From the IMG/VR virus record IMGVR_UViG_2545824717_000014: 15,997 nt of DNA; one strand, 5' to 3'. The DNA is from a virus. Its lineage: Duplodnaviria; Heunggongvirae; Uroviricota; Caudoviricetes. The notes under the pieces were generated by a model. The model was not told the DNA's origin. It saw only the letters and a list, made by a program, of their open reading frames with translations, and made no database searches. The position numbers and the translations under genes were made by a program. Below, in pieces: positions 8,849-15,172 of the stretch; position 1 is the stretch's first letter, and each line of letters opens with the position of its first letter.

Positions 8849-10192
8849 ATGGCTACGTGGCAACAGGGTATTAATTCTGGTGGTTTTCTGGCTGGCATCG
8901 GTGCGCAAAATGAGAATGCGCCAAAGGCAAGCGACATTAACGCAACGCTTGGTCTGATCCGCGAAAACAATGAACTGGCTCCCTCAGGTGCAAATAACGT
9001 TGCTCTGACAGGTCTTCGTGGTCTGGCTGGAGTTGCTGACATTTATAAGCAGCAGCAACAGCAGGAACGTAAAGCGGCATTCCAGAAAGGTTATGCAGAT
9101 GCTTATGCGTCCGGTGACAGGGAGCAGATGCGTAATCTTATTACAGCATTCCCAGAAGAGTTTGAGGAAGTCCGTAAAGGGATGAGTTATGTCGATGATG
9201 CTCAAAGGGATGATTATGGCAATCTGGCGCTCAAAGCACAGGTAGCCTCATCGCTTGGTCAGGGCGCATTTGGCAGGTTCATGATGGATAATGAGCAGGA
9301 GATGCGTCGTTTAGGTATCCCTCCAGAAACTATTGCTGAAATGCAGGTTAATGACCCGCAGGGCTTCCAGCATTTCGCAGGTAATCTGGCGCTGTTTTCT
9401 CTCGGTCATGAGAAGTATTTCGATATCAAAGATCAAATGGAAGGTCGTCGACTTGAGCAAGGGCGACTGGATGAAAGTATGCGTCAGGCTGACATGGAGA
9501 ACGCGAGAGGATGGGCAAATATCCAGAACGCTCAACTAGACAGGGCTCAGCGAGCACAAATTCACTCAGATGAGATGGGATTGAAGCTAATGGAGCTGGG
9601 GCAAAAAGGTAAGCCGTCAGCAGACTTAATTAAGGGATTAAATTCTGACATTACCAATTTTGGCAAAAATTATAACTCTGTCAGAGCGGCGGCAAACTCT
9701 CTGCAAGCCCTTAGCAAGGTAAATACTGGCGCTGCCCAACTTGGGATTATCTTCAACTACATGAAATCTCTTGACCCGCAGTCAGTCGTTCGTGAAGGCG
9801 AACAGGTTCAGGTAATGCGGTCTGATGGCATATGGGGACAAATCAAAGGATACATAGACCAGCTTAATGCTGGAAACGGCCTGTCGCAGGAGGCAAAGGA
9901 TAACATTGTTAACGCCGCAAAAATCAACGCCAATGCTATGGGGCAGCAGTTTAACCAGCAGGTTGACGAGTATCTCGATACATATGGAGAAACTATTCCT
10001 CAGGGGCTAAGAAAAAGCCTTGAAAGAAGGAAAGCGAAGCTATTTGACGATGTTTCCGGGCAGCCTACATCACAGGCTGGCACTGGACAGGCAAAAGCGG
10101 CAACCGGAGGAATATCAGAAGGCGCAACGGCAACCAACCCTAAAACTGGTCAGAAAATCATTTACAGGAACGGAAAATGGCAGCAAATGTAA
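8849..10192 (+). CDS. Hypothetical protein, 447 aa, Q/A/N/G-rich and predicted largely helical; no recognisable catalytic motif (alternative GTG start at 8837)
   Basis: Long ORF whose 3' end overlaps the next gene by 16 nt. Contains a short poly-Gln run (KQQQQQERK) and many amphipathic-looking segments. Confidence 0.7.
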   Translation: MATWQQGINSGGFLAGIGAQNENAPKASDINATLGLIRENNELAPSGANNVALTGLRGLAGVADIYKQQQQQERKAAFQKGYADAYASGDREQMRNLITAFPEEFEEVRKGMSYVDDAQRDDYGNLALKAQVASSLGQGAFGRFMMDNEQEMRRLGIPPETIAEMQVNDPQGFQHFAGNLALFSLGHEKYFDIKDQMEGRRLEQGRLDESMRQADMENARGWANIQNAQLDRAQRAQIHSDEMGLKLMELGQKGKPSADLIKGLNSDITNFGKNYNSVRAAANSLQALSKVNTGAAQLGIIFNYMKSLDPQSVVREGEQVQVMRSDGIWGQIKGYIDQLNAGNGLSQEAKDNIVNAAKINANAMGQQFNQQVDEYLDTYGETIPQGLRKSLERRKAKLFDDVSGQPTSQAGTGQAKAATGGISEGATATNPKTGQKIIYRNGKWQQM

Positions 10193-12294
10193 TCTTACCG
10201 GAAGGTTTTGTGCTCGATGAACAACCTGATAACTCACAGTTTCCTGATAGTTCACAGCTTCCTGATGGTTTTGTGCTTGATGCCCAACCAGAACAGCAGC
10301 AATCACCTTTGGTTTCACCAGAGGAAAATTCCAGACAGGAAAATGTTGTTAATAATGCTAACGGTTTCGACCGTTTTATGTATGGCGTTCTCAGTGGATT
10401 GATGGATGTTGGTAAAGGTGTTGGCCTGTTTCAGGATATGACACCAGAAGAGCAAGCCGCAATTCAGTCTCTACAGCAGAAGTTAGCGGCAAAACCATCA
10501 ACCGCACAAGATGTTGGTGAGTTCGTTGGACAAGCAGCGCCATTTGTTAGTGGTGGTGGGATTATTTCTCAGGTTCCCAAAGGGGCGGCAAGACTGGCTG
10601 CCGCCGCAGGGCTTGGTGCTGGAGAAGGGGCTATTGTAGCCAATGGAACAAATAGCGATGTTGCTTCCGGCGCTGCTATTGGCGCTGTGGCTGGCCCTGT
10701 AGCCGAACTTGCTGGCCCTGCAATTAATAAAATAGCTGGGAAATTAACCAAGAAGAATGTTTCTTCGATTCCAGATATTGAGGGGATTACTCCTGCCGAA
10801 GAGAAAATTCGTAAGTTATCTGCACAAGGCAACCCAAATCTTGCCTCTTCGCTTGAAGGGCTAGATCTAAAACCTCAGAAAGAAATTGTTGAGGCTGCAA
10901 ATAGGCTTCATGTTGATTCAGTTCTTCCTTCTCATTTATCAGGAAATGAGCAATACCAAGCTGTAGAGCAAGCCCTAAAGTCACGGACAGGATCAGCGTT
11001 AAAAGCTCAAGAAGATAAAGCAATAAGCGAATTAGCCTCTAGTGCTGGCAAGATAATCGATGATGTTGCTGGTGCGCCAGATGCGTTAGCTATGAGCGAA
11101 AAATATATTTATCAGATAAATAGTAGAATGGAAGCACTAAAAAACCGTAGTGATCAGTTATATAAACGTGTTGATTCCGCTCTATCACCAAGAACAAAAG
11201 TCGAAGCAAATAACACAAGCACTATGCTGGAAAAAATCGCTGATGATTTAGGAGGGTGGGATAATCTTGACCCAATAGAAAAGCGAGTTTTTACAGCAAT
11301 AAACCCCGGCCCAGATAGCATCCTAACGTATGCAAATTTAAACAGGCAAAGGCGTTTAGTTGGTGATGCCCTAAATAAAAAGCAGGGGCCATACAAAGAT
11401 GCTGATAAAGAAGCGCTATCAAGACTATATGGAGCTTTAGCTGAAGACCAAAAATCTGTCTTATCCAATACTGGATACTTGCGAGATTTCGAAGTCGCAC
11501 AACGCCTTGTAGCTATGAGAAAAAACTTAGAAAGGCAAATGGTAAATCTTCGCGGGAAAACACTTAATGGGGATATAGCGTATAAAGTAACGAATTCTCT
11601 TCAATCTATGGCAAAAGGTGATGCGAGAGGGTTTCGTGAGATTATGCAAAATACTCCATCAAGAACATTGCGAAGGGAGCTAGTAGGAACAGCATTAAGA
11701 GATATGCTTTCCTCTGGGAAGCGTGGGGCCGACTTTAATCCATCTGGCTTCGCAGATTGGTGGCAAAACTTGCAACACAGTGGACAGCTAAAGACTTTGG
11801 CTGAACATTTGCCAAAAGAAACAATGAGCGGACTATATGATGTATACAAAGTTGCCAGAGCAATAAAAAATGCTAAAGCGCATGAAATATCTACTGGTAA
11901 GCTGAATGAGTTTGTAAACAGATTTAATCGGGTAACAGCTCCATACGAACTAGCAGCAAAACACATTCAAAAAATAGGCACGATGGTAGGCGCTCATTTT
12001 GGATCGCTTGGAGCCATTGCTGGGGCTGATATTGGAGCAAGATTGGCGAGTAAAGCTCGATTAGCTGGTGGAGCAGGGGCGGCTGATGCTGCGGATAAAT
12101 TAATTGCCTCGCCAGCCTTCCAGAGCGCAGTAAAAAATCTACACGGAAAAGCGCCTGGGCACATTGTTGATTCACGTATCAGGCGCTCCCCTCAATGGAA
12201 GAGTTTTTTTAACTCTCTTCCTGAACAGGAAAAACGGACCATCGCCAGACTGGGCATCATTACTTGGCTATCTAATGATCCAGATAATGACTAG
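10177..12294 (+). CDS. Hypothetical protein, 705 aa, with N-terminal tandem repeat (PEGFVLDEQP / PDGFVLDAQP) and Gly/Ala-rich hydrophobic segments near both ends
   Basis: ATG with AGGA RBS ~9 nt upstream; start overlaps the stop of the 447-aa gene. G/A-rich stretches (AAAAGLGAGEGAIVANG...AIGAVAGPVAELAGPAI; IGTMVGAHFGSLGAIAGADIGARL...AGGAGAA). No P-loop, nuclease or protease motif identified by eye. Confidence 0.75.
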   Translation: MAANVILPEGFVLDEQPDNSQFPDSSQLPDGFVLDAQPEQQQSPLVSPEENSRQENVVNNANGFDRFMYGVLSGLMDVGKGVGLFQDMTPEEQAAIQSLQQKLAAKPSTAQDVGEFVGQAAPFVSGGGIISQVPKGAARLAAAAGLGAGEGAIVANGTNSDVASGAAIGAVAGPVAELAGPAINKIAGKLTKKNVSSIPDIEGITPAEEKIRKLSAQGNPNLASSLEGLDLKPQKEIVEAANRLHVDSVLPSHLSGNEQYQAVEQALKSRTGSALKAQEDKAISELASSAGKIIDDVAGAPDALAMSEKYIYQINSRMEALKNRSDQLYKRVDSALSPRTKVEANNTSTMLEKIADDLGGWDNLDPIEKRVFTAINPGPDSILTYANLNRQRRLVGDALNKKQGPYKDADKEALSRLYGALAEDQKSVLSNTGYLRDFEVAQRLVAMRKNLERQMVNLRGKTLNGDIAYKVTNSLQSMAKGDARGFREIMQNTPSRTLRRELVGTALRDMLSSGKRGADFNPSGFADWWQNLQHSGQLKTLAEHLPKETMSGLYDVYKVARAIKNAKAHEISTGKLNEFVNRFNRVTAPYELAAKHIQKIGTMVGAHFGSLGAIAGADIGARLASKARLAGGAGAADAADKLIASPAFQSAVKNLHGKAPGHIVDSRIRRSPQWKSFFNSLPEQEKRTIARLGIITWLSNDPDND

Positions 12295-12313
12295 TGAATG
12301 GCCACGGATGGCC

Positions 12314-12739
12314 TCAATCTTTATTCTTTGAAATAGAGTCATTGATCTTTTCGAAACACCAATGAAATCCACAAAAGAGAGCTACACCAATATAACAATA
12401 CAAAACTATCAACCACCTTTCAGTGTCCGAAGGGTAAAAAACATCAATTACATAAGCAACACCAATTGGTATTAATGCTAGTAATAACATCGACACAGGA
12501 CGTACAAACTTCTGAACTATATCAATTTTATAGAACCACAAGGCGGTATGTTTAATGATATAAGTAAAGATGGCTGCGCCAATAATGGCAAAAAACACCA
12601 TCGATAAAGTCGGGTATAACTTTGCGACAATTAAACCCAACAAAATAATTATAACTGCCTGCCCCCTCACACCAACCCTCCCTTTAGCTTTGTTTAGAAT
12701 GGCAATCATCATATATCCAAGACATGGCATTTGGTACAT
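12314..12739 (-). CDS. Small integral membrane protein, up to 141 aa, about 4 predicted TM helices; convergent on the 705-aa gene
   Basis: Four hydrophobic ~20-residue segments (AVIIILLGLIVAKLY, SMVFFAIIGAAIFTYII, SMLLLALIPIGVAYVIDVF, WLIVLYCYIGVALFCGF). Its stop lies 19 bp from the stop of the 705-aa gene on the other strand. Start codon uncertain (several in-frame ATGs, no strong RBS). Confidence 0.6.
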   Translation of the reverse strand: MYQMPCLGYMMIAILNKAKGRVGVRGQAVIIILLGLIVAKLYPTLSMVFFAIIGAAIFTYIIKHTALWFYKIDIVQKFVRPVSMLLLALIPIGVAYVIDVFYPSDTERWLIVLYCYIGVALFCGFHWCFEKINDSISKNKD

Positions 12740-12857
12740 AGCTTGGGTCGGGATTTCAAATCCGCTCCCCGTTGATGGGGCCGTTACAGTACGCGCATAT
12801 CCGCTTTATGTGAAACAGGAAGATTTTTCTGATATCACTGCCACAGCAAAACACCAA

Positions 12858-12936
12858 TTTCGTGACCAGTACGCGCGCGAGGTGTATCAGTTGCAAAATT
12901 TTTTGCAGCTGTGTCCGACCAGTACGCACGCGATGG
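12858..12936. repeat. Two copies of a ~25-bp motif with an alternating CG core (TTTCGTGACCAGTACGCGCGCGAGG at 12858-12882; degenerate copy GTGTCCGACCAGTACGCACGCGATGG at 12911-12936)
   Basis: Read directly from the sequence; located in a ~450-bp stretch without convincing ORFs. Confidence 0.6.
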
Positions 12937-13142
12937 CGGGGAGCACCATAAAACTGTTCTCTACATAAGACAGAGTGGTGGTGATGTGTTGATTATCGGC
13001 GTATATGCGCACAGGACGCGCTATGACGATGTTTTATGCGGGTACACCAATCACATGTATCTGGTGTGATAAATCGCGTTACATGACCTCTCATGTTGTG
13101 CTGGTGGTTATCACGACGTTCTGAATCTGGCCTTTGCCTGAT

Positions 13143-13169
13143 ATTTTGCGACAAGTACGCGCGCGTAGC
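13143..13169. repeat. Third copy of the motif (ATTTTGCGACAAGTACGCGCGCGTAGC), containing the perfect palindrome TACGCGCGCGTA
   Basis: Read directly from the sequence. Confidence 0.6.
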
Positions 13170-13193
13170 ATCGACAGCATACACATTGGATAT

Positions 13194-13394
13194 TCATTTT
13201 GTGACCAATGCGATAAGTAGCGGGATAAGAATTGATAAAATCAACAGGACGATGATCCACTTCTGATTCTCGTCCATCTTATCTGCTAGGCGACGCTCCA
13301 TTCCGTGCATATCACCGCGAATGGCAATCATCTCATTGCGAACATCCGAGAAGTGGTTGGCTTGATGTTCAATGTGTGGCGTTCTGCCTTTCAT
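13194..13394 (-). CDS. Small tail-anchored membrane protein, 66 aa (hydrophilic N-terminus, single C-terminal TM helix)
   Basis: GAGG RBS upstream of the ATG on the minus strand; C-terminal WIIVLLILSILIPLLIALV hydrophobic helix. Architecture recalls XhlA-type or holin-like small membrane proteins (by eye only). Confidence 0.55.
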   Translation of the reverse strand: MKGRTPHIEHQANHFSDVRNEMIAIRGDMHGMERRLADKMDENQKWIIVLLILSILIPLLIALVTK

Positions 13395-13473
13395 TCCTGA
13401 TCCTCACCTATCGTCACCACCTGCTGGTGTATAAAGGTATTGGCCCAAGCAGCTTTCTAATGGGCACTCATGT

Positions 13474-13929
13474 TTATACGCTGACCTTACAATCAATCAC
13501 CGCTTTTAACTTTTCAGCATTGCTTCCCTGACGCTTCCACGCGCTGTAAATATCTTTATCCCACGCTTTACCAGCTTTTGTTTGATAGCCTGCTTCATTG
13601 ATCCGTTCAGCTATCACACGCCCATTATCAAATCCCTGTCGGATGGTATCGGCAATGATCTTTATAACTGCCGTTTCGTTATATGGCTTTGGTGGGATGT
13701 TCGGCTTTCCGGCAATAAGCGACGCAGCGGCTTTTTCCATGCGCTCCACCAGCCCAAGCATTCGTGAATCAATAGACTTTTCCGGCTGTCCCAGCTTCAT
13801 GCGAATCGCATCAACAAGCCAGGAGGTTTTATCCCCTCCAGAAGCGAGAACAGACCGATTAAACTCATCCTGCAATTCAGATGGGATGCGGAACGCGACC
13901 AGATTAGATTTGCTCATTGCAAAGACCAT
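13474..13929 (-). CDS. Putative ribbon-helix-helix DNA-binding regulator, 151 aa (alternative start at 13917); no RBS, possibly leaderless
   Basis: N-terminal LVAFRIPSELQDEFNRSV...TSWLVDAIRMKL fits a beta-strand/helix/helix RHH (Arc/CopG-like) pattern. Divergent from the PerC-like gene across a palindrome/iteron-rich region. Confidence 0.55.
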   Translation of the reverse strand: MVFAMSKSNLVAFRIPSELQDEFNRSVLASGGDKTSWLVDAIRMKLGQPEKSIDSRMLGLVERMEKAAASLIAGKPNIPPKPYNETAVIKIIADTIRQGFDNGRVIAERINEAGYQTKAGKAWDKDIYSAWKRQGSNAEKLKAVIDCKVSV

Positions 13930-13946
13930 ATCAGTGAGTAATATCC

Positions 13947-13978
13947 ATACAGTATACCACTGTATAACACTGTTATAC
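13947..13978. promoter_or_regulatory. Overlapping palindromes ATACAGT-N5-ACTGTAT (13947-13965) and GTATAACA-C-TGTTATAC (13962-13978); operator-like
   Basis: Perfect inverted repeats read directly from the sequence, located just upstream (minus-strand sense) of the RHH-like gene start. Confidence 0.5.
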
Positions 13979-14030
13979 GCTCAAATATCAACCAGAAAAT
14001 AACGGACCAATCACAAAGCTATCGCTGTGT

Positions 14031-14152
14031 TGTTGGTTCAGAGCTGGACTGTGTTGGTTCAAAATGAGTTGATGTTGGTTCAATATTTCTGAAAAAACAC
14101 AATAAAAACAACGATCTTTACAAATTGAACCAACTGAACCAACTGAACCAAC
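14031..14152. repeat. Iteron array: TGTTGGTTCA x3 direct at 21-bp phasing (14031-14040, 14052-14061, 14073-14082), AT-rich spacer, then TGAACCAAC x3 in tight tandem on the opposite orientation (14126-14152)
   Basis: Read directly from the sequence; lies directly upstream of a -10-like TATATAAT (14168-14175) and the PerC-like gene. Confidence 0.75.
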
Positions 14153-14188
14153 ACCTTTTTGCTTATCTATATAATCTGAGAGGCAGAA

Positions 14189-14476
14189 ATGATAAGGGAC
14201 AGGAAAGCTGAAGAGCTGGAGTCAAAAGGGCTATACCGGAGAGCTGCCGCACGATGGGCAGAAGTCATGATGCTGGCAGATGGCGATAAAGAACGTGAAC
14301 ATGCAGCAAACAGACGCTCTGAATGTATCCGTAAGGCGGCACGCCAACCAGCAACTACAGACAGATTCGGAGATTTAAGACAGGCAGTTAAGCGGACTCA
14401 TTCGGCTCTTGGTATGGATGAGGAAGCGAGAGGGTACTTCAGGCGTTATCGCGATAAAGATTGCCAGAGACAGTAA
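14189..14476 (+). CDS. PerC-family transcriptional activator-like protein, 95 aa
   Basis: N-terminal KAEELESKGLYRRAAARWAEVM matches the conserved PerC/Pch-type signature as I recall it; GAGAGG RBS upstream. Confidence 0.65.
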   Translation: MIRDRKAEELESKGLYRRAAARWAEVMMLADGDKEREHAANRRSECIRKAARQPATTDRFGDLRQAVKRTHSALGMDEEARGYFRRYRDKDCQRQ

Positions 14477-14750
14477 TGCTCTCTCTGTTTTGGCAAATTA
14501 CCCCTCACTTTGAAGGGATCGGAGCTATAAAAATGGTGTTATCCGGCTTCCTCAAATTTAGGTTTTCGAAAGAATCAATGGGTTAGGTCATCGTGCAAAT
14601 TTGCACTCTGCCAGCCAACGCAATTTCTCGTTGGCGGAAATATCAGGTATTTACTGAACGAACGGTCTACCAGTCTGTTCAGTTACCAGTTGCACATGGC
14701 TGTTTCATGTGAGAACGGAGGTTTTTTCGGACATCGCTATTGGGTACAGC

Positions 14751-14778
14751 AATTTCACGAGCAATACGCGCGCGCAGG
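14751..14778. repeat. Fourth copy of the ~25-bp CG-core motif (AATTTCACGAGCAATACGCGCGCGCAGG)
   Basis: Read directly from the sequence; ~230 bp upstream of the intrinsic terminator that precedes dinD. Confidence 0.55.
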
Positions 14779-14987
14779 ACAACAAGCCTGAACATGGTTA
14801 CACACCTCGAGCCTGAGGGATGTAGGCAATGGCTTCTGACCAAAGCACCCGAAAAAACCGTGTACATAAGGGTGTACATAATCAAAAATCGCATTAGAAA
14901 GAAACCAGCCACAATGCGGCATTGAAGCCAACACTCTACAAACAGATTCAGACTCGTAACACTAATTCTTACTTTTCAGCCTTCACA

Positions 14988-15023
14988 AATGCCGCCCACT
15001 CAAACAGAGCGGCATTTTTCTTC
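14988..15023 (+). terminator. Rho-independent terminator (stem AAATGCCGC / GCGGCATTT, 13-nt loop, followed by a T-rich tail TTTTTCTT)
   Basis: Stem arms at 14990-14996 and 15010-15016 with flanking A/T extension and a T-tract at 15016-15023, all on the + strand. Confidence 0.6.
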
Positions 15024-15109
15024 CCCGCAACTTCAATTCTGTTTTGCGTGCCTGCTCCAGATTTTGCGATGTTTTTTTGCCCAGCACACTGAGAACGTGA
15101 GATACTCAC

Positions 15110-15129
15110 AACTGTATATAAATACAGTT
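15110..15129. promoter_or_regulatory. LexA (SOS) box AACTGTATATAAATACAGTT overlapping the dinD promoter
   Basis: Perfect CTGT-N8-ACAG palindrome with an AT-rich centre, ~45 bp upstream of the dinD start; matches the LexA consensus. Confidence 0.85.
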
Positions 15130-15172
15130 ACAGATTTACTTTCTTTGCAATCGATATCACATGGAGTGGGCA

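Larger units (their letters stand above)
1..14476. mobile_element. P4/PICI-like integrative satellite-type island (partial; left att site off-window, right boundary uncertain, somewhere between ~12300 and ~15000)
   Basis: Gene content and order: P4-family integrase, AlpA-like regulator, alpha-like primase-helicase, iteron clusters, cargo genes, then a host SOS gene (dinD) at the right. No att sites could be defined from the window alone. Confidence 0.6.

Noticed and set aside
12294-12314. Short hairpin (GGCCA-CGGA-TGGCC) between the convergent 705-aa and 4-TM genes
   Set aside because: Only a 5-bp stem without T-tracts; too weak to call a bidirectional terminator.
10177-12739. Pore-forming colicin plus immunity protein interpretation of the 705-aa gene and the convergent 4-TM gene
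   Set aside because: The convergent gene arrangement is colicin-like, but the 705-aa C-terminus has no clean ~40-residue hydrophobic hairpin, no recognisable Tol/Ton box, and there is no SOS box or lysis gene nearby. Kept only as a weak alternative under the cargo-module finding.
12570-13184. ORFs 12570-12968 (+, 132 aa) and 12993-13184 (-, 63 aa)
   Set aside because: The first overlaps the 4-TM gene antisense and runs into the repeat-rich noncoding stretch; the second lies wholly in the repeat-rich stretch. No RBS or motif support.
13947-13978. Possible LexA box in the RHH-gene promoter region
   Set aside because: The palindromes are ACAG...CTGT and GTATAACA/TGTTATAC types, not the CTGT-N8-ACAG LexA consensus. 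Retained as generic operator-like palindromes.
6964-14152. CRISPR array interpretation of the repeat clusters
   Set aside because: Repeat units are only 8-18 bp, occur in mixed orientations with irregular spacing, and no cas-like genes are present; they fit iterons/operators.
14679-14925. ORFs 14679-14912 (-) and 14740-14925 (+) between the PerC-like gene and dinD
   Set aside because: Mutually overlapping, no RBS, and located in hairpin-rich DNA; more likely noncoding.
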